NCBI GenBank assembly: GCA_050008575.1
Contig: JBEKMJ010000029.1
Coordinates: 16,872-80,871, forward strand
Length of the DNA stretch: 64,000 bases
Source of the DNA: Bryobacteraceae bacterium
GTDB taxonomy: Bacteria > Acidobacteriota > Terriglobia > Bryobacterales > Bryobacteraceae
Reading direction: 5' to 3'
The notes below the pieces were generated by a model, which searched no databases, was not told where the DNA came from, and worked only from the letters and a program-made list of their open reading frames with translations. Of the stretch, positions 20,848 through 30,362 are shown piece after piece (position 1 is the stretch's first letter; each line of letters starts with the position of its first letter). Position numbers and translations under genes: made by a program.

Positions 20848-20995
20848 GCTTGTGAACTGGAGGGCGGGCAATTCTGCCCGCAGCCGGCTGTCAGCCGGCT
20901 CTGGCCGCCTAGAAGGCGGCCGCCGCCAGACGATGCCCCATAATTTAAGTTCGGAGTTTTTCACAAAGTTCTCTCTATTGTACCCTGGAGGTTCC

Positions 20996-21523
20996 ATGGC
21001 AGACTTGCGCATCCCCAATTGTGAAGCGTGCCTGCGCGTATTGCGGCAGACGCCCGGTATACTTCGGAACCTGCTGTCGCTGGCGACGGCGGAGCAGTTG
21101 GACTGGCGGCCGTCCGCTGAGCGGTGGTCGATCGGCATGGTGCTGGCGCATTTGGCGGAGGTGGAGGTGAAGGGGTTCCGCAACCGATATGAAGCGATGC
21201 TCGGCGCGGAGGGGGCGCTGATGCGAAGCTACGATCAGTTGGCGCTGTTCCGCGCCACGGCGCAGTTCGATCCGTTTGCCGAGCTGGCGCGGTTCGAAAA
21301 AGAGCGCGCCGAAACACTGGCGCTGCTACAGGCGATGCCGGATGGCGCTGGCCGGCGATCCGGCCGGCACGAGGAACTGGGAACGATCACCGTGGCGCAA
21401 CTGCTGAACGAATCGGCCTTCCACGATCTGGGACATATCCGGCAGGTGCTGGAACTGTACCGGGCGCACGCACTCTATCCGGAGATGGGGGCTTATCGGG
21501 GGTATTACAAGATCAACCCTTGA
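20996..21523 (+). CDS. DinB-family (YfiT-like four-helix bundle) protein
   Basis: 'WRPSAERWSIGMVLAHLAEVE' and 'ESAFHDLGHIRQV' are the His-containing DinB-type helices. Start taken at 'MADLRIPNCEAC'. Confidence 0.85.
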   Translation: MADLRIPNCEACLRVLRQTPGILRNLLSLATAEQLDWRPSAERWSIGMVLAHLAEVEVKGFRNRYEAMLGAEGALMRSYDQLALFRATAQFDPFAELARFEKERAETLALLQAMPDGAGRRSGRHEELGTITVAQLLNESAFHDLGHIRQVLELYRAHALYPEMGAYRGYYKINP

Positions 21524-21567
21524 GGCGCGCCGCGGCGTCGCTGGAGATTCTGTCCCGCGGCGCGGGG

Positions 21568-21576
21568 TGCTAGAAT
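21568..21576 (+). promoter_or_regulatory. Candidate extended -10 (TGcTAGAAT) ending 6 nt before the ATG, suggesting a leaderless transcript
   Basis: 'tgctagaat' at 21568-21576 and the ATG at 21583, with no SD. It is preceded by a 9-10-bp GC stem (21527-21535 and 21555-21563). Confidence 0.35.
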
Positions 21577-21582
21577 CCCGGC

Positions 21583-22881
21583 ATGGACGATCCGAACACG
21601 GACCGCAGGCAGTTTCTCAAATCCGCAGGCGTGGCGTTGACCACCTCCCTCTTCACCGGCAACGTCCGGGGCGCGAACGATCGCGTGGCTGCCGCATTCA
21701 TCGGCATGGGACGTATGGGCACCGGCAACCTGGACTACGCCATGCGCCAGCCCAATCTACAGGTGGTGGCCCTCTGCGACGTCTACCAGCCCAACCTGGA
21801 CGACGCCATGGCCCAGGCCGGCGCAAAGGGCCAGACTCCCCGCGCCGTCCGCGATTTTCGGGAGATCCTGGCGGACAAGTCGATCGATGTCGTCAATATC
21901 TCGACGCCCGATCACTGGCACGCTTACATGACCGTCGAAGCCTGCAAGGCGGGCAAGGATGTGTACGTGGAAAAGCCCGTGTGCGTGGTGGTGGAAGAAG
22001 GCCGCACGATGGTGGAAGCCGCCCGCAAATACAACCGCGTGGTGCAGGCCGGAACCATGCAGCGTTCGGCGGCGCATTTCCAGCAGGCCTGCGATATCGT
22101 GCGCCGCGGCGAATTGGGCAAGGTCACTTTCGTGCGCACATGGAACTACGGCAATTCACCGGCGGAAGGCATCGGCAATCCGCCGGACAGCGATCCGCCG
22201 GCCTCGCTTGATTGGGATATGTGGCTGGGGCCCGCGCCCATGCGGCCCTTCAACCGCAACCGCTTCGGCGTGGACCCCAACAATTTCTCGTATTTTCGCT
22301 GGTTCTGGGATTACGCCGGCGGCATGATGACGGACTGGGGCGTGCATTGGCTGGACATCGTGCAGATGGCGTTCGACGAGGCCATGCCGCGCTCCATCGC
22401 GAGCATGGGCGGCAAGCTGTGGTTCACCGATAACCGGGAGACGCCCGATACGCTGCAGGTCACTTACGAGTATCCGGGCTTCATCGCCACTTACGAGAAC
22501 CGCAACGCCAACGCGCAGTCGATGTTCAACAAAGGCGGCGGCATCCTATTCCACGGCAACGAGGCGACTCTGTACATCGATCGCGAAGGTTTCCGCGTAA
22601 TACCCGAGGGTAAGGGCGGCCAGCACAAGGAGGTGAAGTCCACTTCGAGCGGCAATCTGAACCATTGGGCCAACTTCCTGGAATGCGTGCGGACACGCGA
22701 GCGGCCGGCCAGCGACATTGAGAAGTGCTTTCGCTCCACCTCCACGTGCCTGCTGGGAAACGTGGCACTGCGCAGCCGGATGCGTCTGGATTGGGACGAA
22801 CGCGAATTGACCGTGGCGCAGGAGGCGGCGCGCGGCTACCTCACGCGGGAATATCGTGCGCCTTGGAAGCTGGTGGTGTAA
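21583..22881 (+). CDS. Gfo/Idh/MocA-family oxidoreductase with TAT signal
   Basis: 'DRRQFLKSAGVALTTSLF' is a twin-arginine signal. 'AAFIGMGRMG' is the Rossmann motif. 'ISTPDHWH' and 'VYVEKP' are family motifs. Confidence 0.9.
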   Translation: MDDPNTDRRQFLKSAGVALTTSLFTGNVRGANDRVAAAFIGMGRMGTGNLDYAMRQPNLQVVALCDVYQPNLDDAMAQAGAKGQTPRAVRDFREILADKSIDVVNISTPDHWHAYMTVEACKAGKDVYVEKPVCVVVEEGRTMVEAARKYNRVVQAGTMQRSAAHFQQACDIVRRGELGKVTFVRTWNYGNSPAEGIGNPPDSDPPASLDWDMWLGPAPMRPFNRNRFGVDPNNFSYFRWFWDYAGGMMTDWGVHWLDIVQMAFDEAMPRSIASMGGKLWFTDNRETPDTLQVTYEYPGFIATYENRNANAQSMFNKGGGILFHGNEATLYIDREGFRVIPEGKGGQHKEVKSTSSGNLNHWANFLECVRTRERPASDIEKCFRSTSTCLLGNVALRSRMRLDWDERELTVAQEAARGYLTREYRAPWKLVV

Positions 22882-23110
22882 GGAAGGAAGAAGGAGCCCG
22901 GCAGTTGCGGCAGTGACGCTCCGGAAACGGAGCGTGAGGATGAAATGGCTGGATGTTTTGGTTGTCCTGGCGGGGAAACGGGCGGACCGAACTCCTTCTT
23001 CGCCTTCACCATAAGCCGTGGGCGGACGGAATAATGGAGCCATTTGTCCCAAATGATTGAAAACAGGCCGCGAAAATTCTGCCTCGCCGTGTGAATGCAA
23101 AGGCGCCCTA

Positions 23111-23220
23111 GTGGGGCAGGCGTCTACGCCTGCGGCGGGTCTCCGGACCCGCCGGAGGGCGAGTAGGCTCGCGAAGAGCGGGTTCTGGAGAACCCGCGCA
23201 GGACTGGAGTCCTGCCCCAC
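23111..23220. repeat. Array of five consecutive GC-rich hairpins enclosed by a 10-bp inverted repeat GTGGGGCAGG/CCTGCCCCAC
   Basis: Stems read directly: 23116-23133 (7 bp), 23134-23153 (8 bp), 23159-23172 (5 bp), 23178-23197 (8 bp), 23198-23215 (8 bp). Confidence 0.8.
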
Positions 23221-23234
23221 CAAACGCCGGCGGC

Positions 23235-24128
23235 TCAGAAGACGCGGACGGATATGATGCGGCGCATGTCGTCGCCACGCTCATTGCGGAAACCCGCCAG
23301 GTCGGGCTGATCGTGCTCGATGCGGGCGCGCCGGCCGCCAAACTCCTCCTCGGCGAACACCTCCACTCCCCGCGCGCGTCCGAAAAACTTCACCGAGGCA
23401 AAGCGCTCGATCAACGGGTCCGGCAGGCGGCGTACTTCTTCTCCCACAACCACGCAAAACGCCCGGCCGCGATAGCCCGCTTCGCGATAAAAGCAGACGC
23501 CATCGCCATCCATGCCCCAGCGATGCTCGCGGTCGTCGAAGCGGCCGTAGTAGCGCTGCCAACGGTGCTCACGGTCCCAGTCGTCGCCGTCGCGTCCCGC
23601 GTCGTCGCGGCGCGCCAGATCCGCCAGGCGGCGGAAGACGAACCGTTGATTGGCTTCGCCGTTCACCTCGTAAGTCTGGACTCTGGCGCCGTCGCGGGTC
23701 GACGAGTTCGGGATGTCCAAGGTCTTGCCGAGACGGTTGGTGATGAGCGCATTGCCGTCATTGGCCGGCGCGATGCGCCATTGCTGGCTGGGGCTGCCGG
23801 TGAATGGCATGCCGCGTACGGGCGTGCTGTTGCCCGCGCCCATGGCCTCCAGCGCAGCCCCGTTCATGGCATTGCGCAGAACCCAGAATCCAGGCTCGGC
23901 GGGCACGATGTCCCATTGCTGGTTATCGGTGTTGCGCGCCGAGAACTGGATGACGCTGGTCTGGTCGTTGCGGTCCAGGTCGATTACTTTGCCGGATCGG
24001 ACATTGCCGATTTCGTACCGGCCCGGCCCGTTGAATCCGCCTTGCGCCCAGGCGGGGATGGGCATCGCGACAACCGCGGCCAGCGCGAATGCGGCTGCCG
24101 CACTAACTTGCGATTTTAGAGTAGGCAT
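23235..24128 (-). CDS. Secreted ricin-B-type (beta-trefoil) lectin fused to a beta-gamma-crystallin/I36-inhibitor-like C-terminal domain
   Basis: Signal 'MPTLKSQVSAAAAFALAAVVAMPIPAWAQ'. QxW repeats 'QQWDI', 'QQWRI' and 'QRFVF'. C-terminal 'VCFYREAGYRGRAFCV...SVKFFG...VEVFAEEEFGG'. GGAGGA precedes the ATG at 24128. Confidence 0.8.
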   Translation of the reverse strand: MPTLKSQVSAAAAFALAAVVAMPIPAWAQGGFNGPGRYEIGNVRSGKVIDLDRNDQTSVIQFSARNTDNQQWDIVPAEPGFWVLRNAMNGAALEAMGAGNSTPVRGMPFTGSPSQQWRIAPANDGNALITNRLGKTLDIPNSSTRDGARVQTYEVNGEANQRFVFRRLADLARRDDAGRDGDDWDREHRWQRYYGRFDDREHRWGMDGDGVCFYREAGYRGRAFCVVVGEEVRRLPDPLIERFASVKFFGRARGVEVFAEEEFGGRRARIEHDQPDLAGFRNERGDDMRRIISVRVF

Positions 24129-24194
24129 GTATCCTCCGTTACGGTTGTATTCCAGCATAACGCTGCGCGATACACTGGAGCGCGGCGGTACATC

Positions 24195-24884
24195 ATGGAC
24201 TACACCTACGAAGATATGGCCAAAATGATCGACCATTCCCTGCTGAATCCCACGCTGACCGAGGACGATCTGGAGCGGGGCATACAACTGGCGCTGGAAT
24301 ACGACGTGGCCAGCGTCTGCATCATGCCGTTTTACTTGCAGCGTTGCGCGGAGGCGCTGCGCGGCAGCCGCGTGAATGCCAGCACCACCATCGGCTTTCC
24401 GCATGGCGGCCACACCACGGCTGTCAAACTGGCGGAGGCGCGCCAGGCGCTGGCGGACGGCGGCCAGGAACTCGACCTGGTGGTGAACGTCAGCAAGGTC
24501 CTCAGCGGCGACTGGGGCTACGTGCGCGCGGACATCGGCGCGGTGATCGAGGCGGCGCACGAGGCCGGGCAGAGGGTGAAAGTGATCTTCGAGAATTGCT
24601 GTCTGCACGACGCGCAGAAGATCCGCCTCTGCGAAATCTGCGGCGAGTTGCGGGCGGATTGGGTGAAGACATCCACAGGCTATGGCACGGGCGGGGCCAC
24701 CATGGAGGATCTGGCGCTGATGCGGCGGCACTCGCCGGACTACGTACAAGTGAAAGCGGCGGGCGGAGTGCGCGACCTGGATGCGTTGTTGCGGGTGCGC
24801 GCGCTGGGCGTCACGCGCGTGGGGGCTACGCGCACGGCGGCTATGCTGGACGAATGCAAGCTGCGGCTGGCCGCGGGCGTTTGA
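24195..24884 (+). CDS. deoC: Deoxyribose-phosphate aldolase
   Basis: 'MIDHSLLNPTLTEDD', 'DLVVNV', 'VKTSTGY' (Schiff-base Lys region) and 'VKAAGGVR'. Confidence 0.92.
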   Translation: MDYTYEDMAKMIDHSLLNPTLTEDDLERGIQLALEYDVASVCIMPFYLQRCAEALRGSRVNASTTIGFPHGGHTTAVKLAEARQALADGGQELDLVVNVSKVLSGDWGYVRADIGAVIEAAHEAGQRVKVIFENCCLHDAQKIRLCEICGELRADWVKTSTGYGTGGATMEDLALMRRHSPDYVQVKAAGGVRDLDALLRVRALGVTRVGATRTAAMLDECKLRLAAGV

Positions 24885-24919
24885 CGGCGACCCGCGTACA
24901 CCCGCGCTACCATAGCTGC

Positions 24920-25339
24920 ATGGCCGACGCCGCGCACAGCCTCCTCACCGGACTCCGGCATCTCCTGCTGGCACATCACAAGACCCTGCTCGATTCCGAA
25001 CGCGCGCGTTACGACCACGACGTCGAGCGCATCAAGTCCAGCGGACAACTGCTGAACCTGGTGCTGCGCGATCCCTTCTTCGCCTGGCTGCACGAGCTCT
25101 CCGAGCTGATCGTGCTGATCGACGAGACGCTGGACGCCGACGAGCCGGCCACCGCCGCGGAGGCCGCGCGTCTGCTGGCGCAGGCGCGCACGTTACTGAC
25201 ACCGGCCGAAGCGGGACAGGGCTTTCGCGGGCAATATTTCGATGCGTTGCAGCGCGATCCCGATGTGGTGATCGCGCACGGAGCGGCGGTGAAGGCAATG
25301 GCCACGCTGGAGGCAGACGGGCGGGAAAAGGCCGAATAG
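24920..25339 (+). CDS. Hypothetical helical protein
   Basis: 139-aa ORF from the ATG at 24920 with coding-like composition. No family recognised. Confidence 0.55.
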   Translation: MADAAHSLLTGLRHLLLAHHKTLLDSERARYDHDVERIKSSGQLLNLVLRDPFFAWLHELSELIVLIDETLDADEPATAAEAARLLAQARTLLTPAEAGQGFRGQYFDALQRDPDVVIAHGAAVKAMATLEADGREKAE

Positions 25340-25444
25340 GAAATGCGAGCCTCGTGGCGCAGGCCCGTGGCCTGCCGGCGGCCTCTCAGGCCGCCAGCGC
25401 GTCAGCGCGCCATTTGTGGGGGCAAGCCATGGCCGCTCACTGTA

Positions 25445-26278
25445 TCAAACGTCGCACAACTTCGCCGCTTCTTCGAGCGACGTCATCGGGTCCCGCGTCG
25501 GCACAAACTCGTGCGCAAAGTAACCCGTGAAGCCGGCGCCCACAATCGCCTCCGCCACCGCCCGCCACTGCAGTTCCTGCGTGCCATCCAACTCGTGCCG
25601 CCCCGGCACGCCGCCCGTATGGAAGTGCGCGATGTACTGAATGTTTTCCCGGATTGTGCGAATAATGTCGCCTTCCATAATCTGCATGTGATAAATGTCG
25701 TACAACAGTTTCACGCGCGGCGAATCCACGCGCTTCATCAACTCTACGCCCCAAACCGTGTGATCGCACTGATAGTCGTGATGGTCGATCTTGCTGTTGA
25801 GCAGCTCCACGCAGATAGTAACGCCCTTGTCCTCGGCCAGCTTCTTCACGCGATTCAGCCCGATCGTGCAATTGTCCAACCCTTCCGCGTCCGCCTGGCC
25901 GCGCCGGTTGCCCGAGAACGTGATCACGTTGGGCGCCTTGGCGGCCGCCGCGCGCCCGATGTTTTCCTCCATCTCGGCCACCAGCCGGTCGTGACTTTCC
26001 TTGCGGTTGAACCCATCGCCGATCTTGCCGGCGCCCGGCGTCATGGCCGGCACCAGCCCGTACTTCTGCACGGTGGGCCATTCCTTGTAATCGATCAGGT
26101 CGATGCCCCGCAAGCCGATGCGCGCCGCCTCGCGCGCCAGATCGTCGAGGCTCATCTTCCCGTAGCACCAGCGCGCCGCGGATTGCTTCAGACGGCCCTT
26201 CAACGGAGCCGGTTGGGCGCTCAAAGACGGCAGGGCCGCCGCCGCGCCCGCCAGTTGGAATGCGGTTCTTCGGGTCAT
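25445..26278 (-). CDS. Xylose-isomerase-like TIM-barrel protein (hydroxypyruvate isomerase / sugar phosphate isomerase-epimerase family) with TAT signal
   Basis: 'MTRRTAFQLAGAAAALPSLSAQ' followed by 'ICVELLN', 'YDIYHMQIMEGD' and 'IAHFHTGGVPGRHE'. An alternative ATG is at 26293. Confidence 0.85.
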   Translation of the reverse strand: MTRRTAFQLAGAAAALPSLSAQPAPLKGRLKQSAARWCYGKMSLDDLAREAARIGLRGIDLIDYKEWPTVQKYGLVPAMTPGAGKIGDGFNRKESHDRLVAEMEENIGRAAAAKAPNVITFSGNRRGQADAEGLDNCTIGLNRVKKLAEDKGVTICVELLNSKIDHHDYQCDHTVWGVELMKRVDSPRVKLLYDIYHMQIMEGDIIRTIRENIQYIAHFHTGGVPGRHELDGTQELQWRAVAEAIVGAGFTGYFAHEFVPTRDPMTSLEEAAKLCDV

Positions 26279-26312
26279 AACTGTTAGAATCATAAGATAC
26301 ACCCTCTCTGCC

Positions 26313-29300
26313 ATGACCGCCAGTGACCAACGCCGCCAAGCCCTGCTGGACGCACTCGAGAGCCGTATCTTGGTCGTCGACGGCGCCATGGGCACCATGC
26401 TGCAACAGCAGCACCTCACGGCCGCGGATTTCGGCGGGCCGGTGCTGGAGGGTTGCAACGAAATCCTGGTGAACACGCGGCCCGACGTGGTGCTGGGCAT
26501 CCACCGCGCGTACCTGGAAGCCGGCGCCGATATCATCGAGACCAATTCGTTCAACGGCACCAAAAGCGACCTGGTGGATTACGGCGTGGATGGCGAATCC
26601 TACGACCTGATGGTGGCGGCGGCGCGGCTGGCGCGTCAGGCGGCGGACGAATTCTCGACCTCGCGCAAGCCGCGCTTCGTAGCCGGTTCCATGGGTCCGA
26701 CACGCAAGAGCATCACCATCAGCCGCACCATTACCTTTGACCATCTACAGCAGGATTACTACGATCTCGCCAAGCCGCTGATCGATGGCGGCGCCGATAT
26801 TCTGCTGCTGGAAACCTGCCAGGATACGCGTAATATCAAGGCCGGTCTGCTGGCCATCCGGCGGCTCGCGCGCGAGCTCGGCCGCCGCATTCCCGTGATG
26901 GTCTCGGGCACCATCGAAACCATGGGGACCATGCTGGCGGGCCAGACGGCCGACGCGCTCTACGCATCCATCGAGCACGCCGATCTGCTCGCCGCGGGGT
27001 TGAATTGCGGCACCGGCCCCGAATTCATGACCGACCACCTGCGCACGCTGAGCGAGATGGCCTCCACGCGCGTCTCCTGCTACCCGAACGCCGGCCTGCC
27101 GAACGTGGAAGGCGAGTACAACGAAACGCCGCAATCGTTCGCCGAGCAACTCGACCGCTTCGTGGCGCACGGCTGGCTCAACCTGGTGGGCGGATGCTGC
27201 GGCACCACGGCGGCGCACATCAAGCTGGTCGCGCAGATGGCCGAAGGCAGGAAACCGCGCCCGCTGAAGGCGCCATCGCATCGCGCCTATTATTCCGGCA
27301 TCGAGCTGGTGGAGGCCGAAGACAGCAACCGTCCGCTGATCGTGGGCGAGCGCACCAATGTGATCGGCTCCCGGCTGTTCAAGAACCTGATGGCCGAGGA
27401 GAAGTGGGAAGAGGCCACCGAAATCGGCCGCCGCCAGGTGAAGAACGGCGCGCACATTGTGGATGTCTGCCTGCAAAGCACCGACCGCGACGAGATCAAG
27501 GATATTCCGCCGTTCTACGAGAAGCTGATTCGCAAGATCAAAGCGCCGGTGATGATCGACACCACCGATCCGCGCGCCATGGAACTGGCTCTGACTTATT
27601 GCCAGGGTAAGTCGATCGTCAACTCGATCAACCTGGAAGACGGCGAAGAGAAGTTCGAGCGCACGTGTCCGATCGCGAAAGCGTACGGCGCGGCGCTAAT
27701 TGTCGGCTGCATCGACGAAGACAAGCAGCAGGCGCAAGCTTTCACGCGCGAGCGTAAGCTGGCGGTGGCCCAGCGGTCTGTCAAGCTGCTTACTGAGAAG
27801 TACGGCGTCGCGCCGGAAGATATCGTCATCGATCCGTTGGTGTTTCCCTGCGCCACCGGCGACGCCAACTATATCGGCGGTGCGGTGGAAACCATCGAAG
27901 CGGTGAGGCTCGTCAAGGAAAACATCCCTTATGTGAAAACCGTGCTGGGCATCTCCAACGTCTCATTCGGCCTGCCCGCCGCCGCGCGCGAGGTGGTGAA
28001 CTCGGTCTTCCTGTATTACTGCACCAAAGCGGGCCTGGACTTGGCCATTGTCAACGCCGAGAAGCTGGAGCGCTTCGCGTCGATTCCGGAACACGAGCGG
28101 CGGCTGGCGGAGAGCCTGCTGTTCAACACCCCGCCCGCCGACGGCCCCGCGGATCTGCATCTGGCGCCCGAAGACTGGCGCCAACAAACTCTCGCCCAGC
28201 GCGCCGCCATCAACCAGTTCCACATCGGGGCTATCAGCGATCATTTCCGCAAGACCGGCGCCCGCGTTAAAGTCCGCGCCGAAGACCTGCCGCTCGACCA
28301 GCGCCTGGCTAACTATATTATCGAAGGCACTAAGGACGGGCTGATTCCCGACCTCGACCGCAAGCGCGCGGAAGGCGCATCGCCGCTCGAAATCATCAAT
28401 GGCCCGCTCATGACGGGCATGGCCGAAGTGGGCCGGCTGTTCAACAACAACGAGCTGATCGTAGCCGAAGTGCTGCAATCCGCTGAAGCCATGAAGGCGG
28501 CCGTGACGCATCTTGAGCAGTTCATGGAAAAGGCCGATTCGGCGACGCGCGGCAAGATCGTGCTAGCCACGGTGAAGGGCGACGTGCACGATATCGGCAA
28601 GAACCTGGTCGAGATCATCCTGAGTAATAACGGATACCTGGTGATCAACCTGGGCATCAAGGTGCCGCCCGATATTCTGATCCGCGCTTATCAGGAGCAC
28701 ACGCCGGATGCCATCGGGCTTTCCGGGCTGCTGGTGAAGAGCGCCCAGCAGATGATCGTCACCGCGGGCGATTTGAAAGATGCCGGCATCCGCGTGCCGC
28801 TGCTGGTGGGTGGCGCGGCGCTTTCCGACCGCTTCACGCGTACACGCATCGCGCCGGCTTATGGCGAAGCCGTCTGCTACGCCAAAGACGCCATGACCGG
28901 CCTGGATCTGATGAACCGTCTGATGGACCCCGCCGCGCGCAATGCCACCATGCAAGACCACACTTACGCCGAGGCGCCCGCGCCGGTCGAGGCCGCCGAA
29001 GAGGCGCCCGTGCGCGTGACCGAGGCCCGCAGCCGCAAGGTGCGCCCGGATATTCCGATTCCCGCTGCACCCAACCTGGACCGCAAGGTGCGCGACGTGC
29101 CGCATCTGGCCGAGATATGGAGCTACATCAACCCGCACATGCTCTACGGCAAGCATCTGGGATACAAGGGCAACTTCGAGAAGAACCTGGCGGAGCACGA
29201 TCCTAAGGCGCTCGACCTGTTCCATAAGATGGAGGGACTAAAACACGAGGCCGCCCAGTTCATGCGTGTGAAGACCGTGTGGCAGTTCTTCGAGGCCGAG

Positions 29301-29870
29301 CGCGATGGCAACGCCATCCAGTTGTTCGCGCCGGGAGCGCTGGCCCCGCTGCATACGTTCCGTTTTGGCCGGCAGCATCGCGACGAAGGATTGTGTCTGA
29401 GCGATTACATCCTGGATCCGGAGGACGGCAAGCGCGATCACATCGCTATGTTCGTAGTTACGGCGGGCGCTGGCATTCGGGACAGGTCGGAGGAGTGGAA
29501 ACAAGCCGGGCTGTACTTCAAGTCGCACGGCTTGCAGGCGCTGGCTATCGAGACGGCGGAAGGTTGCGCCGAATGGCTGCACCGCCGCATCCGGGAAGAT
29601 TGGGGTTTCCCCGATCCACCCACCATGACCATGCAGGAGCGTTTCACGTCGCGGTATCGCGGCAAGCGCTATAGCTTCGGCTATGCCGCCTGCCCCAACC
29701 TCGACGATCAGCAGGCCATCTGGAAACTGCTGCGGCCGGAAGACATCGGCGTGCGGCTCACCGAAGGTATGATGATGGACCCGGAAGCCAGCGTCAGCGC
29801 GCTGGTGTTCCATCATCCCGACTGCGCGTATTTCACGGCGAGTGAGGAGACGGAAGCCGTGATGGTGTAG
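26313..29870 (+). CDS. metH: Cobalamin-dependent methionine synthase
   Basis: 1185 aa. Contains Hcy-binding, pterin-binding, B12-binding ('GDVHDIGKN') and AdoMet-activation domains in the canonical order. Confidence 0.96.
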   Translation: MTASDQRRQALLDALESRILVVDGAMGTMLQQQHLTAADFGGPVLEGCNEILVNTRPDVVLGIHRAYLEAGADIIETNSFNGTKSDLVDYGVDGESYDLMVAAARLARQAADEFSTSRKPRFVAGSMGPTRKSITISRTITFDHLQQDYYDLAKPLIDGGADILLLETCQDTRNIKAGLLAIRRLARELGRRIPVMVSGTIETMGTMLAGQTADALYASIEHADLLAAGLNCGTGPEFMTDHLRTLSEMASTRVSCYPNAGLPNVEGEYNETPQSFAEQLDRFVAHGWLNLVGGCCGTTAAHIKLVAQMAEGRKPRPLKAPSHRAYYSGIELVEAEDSNRPLIVGERTNVIGSRLFKNLMAEEKWEEATEIGRRQVKNGAHIVDVCLQSTDRDEIKDIPPFYEKLIRKIKAPVMIDTTDPRAMELALTYCQGKSIVNSINLEDGEEKFERTCPIAKAYGAALIVGCIDEDKQQAQAFTRERKLAVAQRSVKLLTEKYGVAPEDIVIDPLVFPCATGDANYIGGAVETIEAVRLVKENIPYVKTVLGISNVSFGLPAAAREVVNSVFLYYCTKAGLDLAIVNAEKLERFASIPEHERRLAESLLFNTPPADGPADLHLAPEDWRQQTLAQRAAINQFHIGAISDHFRKTGARVKVRAEDLPLDQRLANYIIEGTKDGLIPDLDRKRAEGASPLEIINGPLMTGMAEVGRLFNNNELIVAEVLQSAEAMKAAVTHLEQFMEKADSATRGKIVLATVKGDVHDIGKNLVEIILSNNGYLVINLGIKVPPDILIRAYQEHTPDAIGLSGLLVKSAQQMIVTAGDLKDAGIRVPLLVGGAALSDRFTRTRIAPAYGEAVCYAKDAMTGLDLMNRLMDPAARNATMQDHTYAEAPAPVEAAEEAPVRVTEARSRKVRPDIPIPAAPNLDRKVRDVPHLAEIWSYINPHMLYGKHLGYKGNFEKNLAEHDPKALDLFHKMEGLKHEAAQFMRVKTVWQFFEAERDGNAIQLFAPGALAPLHTFRFGRQHRDEGLCLSDYILDPEDGKRDHIAMFVVTAGAGIRDRSEEWKQAGLYFKSHGLQALAIETAEGCAEWLHRRIREDWGFPDPPTMTMQERFTSRYRGKRYSFGYAACPNLDDQQAIWKLLRPEDIGVRLTEGMMMDPEASVSALVFHHPDCAYFTASEETEAVMV

Positions 29871-30301
29871 TGGGCTGCGTTCAGGCATTGCTTAGGTTTT
29901 GCAAGGGATCGAGGTTCATCGAGCTGCGCCAAGCCGCAGCCGCTCGGAAGCACGAGGCGGCGCGCACCCGGCGGCCTGCCAATCCACAAGTGCGTAGTCC
30001 GTCGACGTAGCGGTTCGGGCCAGCTTCGTGGTGAGTAATCCGATCAAAACGTCTGGCCGTTCAACGAGGTAAGTCTGCGCTGGCAATCACCACGGCCGGG
30101 TGCACTTTGGTCTCCGCGGCGCCTGTCAACCTGCCAACGAAGACGTCGCCGGGCTTCGGCGTTAGGAATCCCGCCACGGTTATTGGCAACGCCGTGATTT
30201 ACCGGGCGCCGGAGGTTCGATTGTATCGGGGAAAGCCGTCTCTGATCCTCCCGGCGGGCCGTTGGCGGACTAGCTGCGTTGCGTTCCGGGGGCATGCGCC
30301 A

Positions 30302-30331
30302 CCAGATAGCCCCTCTCCAGATAGCTCCTCT
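30302..30331. repeat. Tandem 15-mer (CCAGATAGCCCCTCT / CCAGATAGCTCCTCT) abutting the putative padR -35
   Basis: Read directly: 13 of 15 nt identical, two copies. Confidence 0.7.
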
Positions 30332-30332
30332 C

Positions 30333-30362
30333 TTGACGCAGATGCCCTTCCCGTTGTACACT
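30333..30362 (+). promoter_or_regulatory. Candidate promoter TTGACG-N18-TACACT upstream of padR-ADOP
   Basis: TTGACG at 30333-30338, TACACT at 30357-30362, ATG at 30389. Confidence 0.35.

Noticed and set aside
19645-21183. Full 512-aa version of the membrane-fusion protein, and the 305-aa version of the DinB-family ORF (20606-21523)
   Set aside because: The two long N-terminal extensions overlap each other on opposite strands and look non-protein-like. The lipobox/signal peptide of the adaptor and the 'MADLRIPN' start of the DinB protein give conventional lengths.
23111-23220. Possible CRISPR-like array
   Set aside because: The hairpins all have different sequences and are directly adjacent, with no constant repeat and no spacers. 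No cas genes are in the window.
22546-23223. 225-aa minus-strand ORF
   Set aside because: It overlaps the 3' end of the Gfo/Idh/MocA gene antisense and runs through the hairpin array. It has no motifs, start context or coding-like composition.
25437-26744. 435-aa minus-strand ORF spanning the isomerase and the metH start
   Set aside because: It is off-frame relative to two well-supported genes and has a low-complexity Arg/Gly composition.
30044-30361. 105-aa minus-strand ORF upstream of padR
   Set aside because: Its 'GAIWRGAIWW' segment is just the tandem 15-mer translated. The rest is Arg-rich with no motifs.
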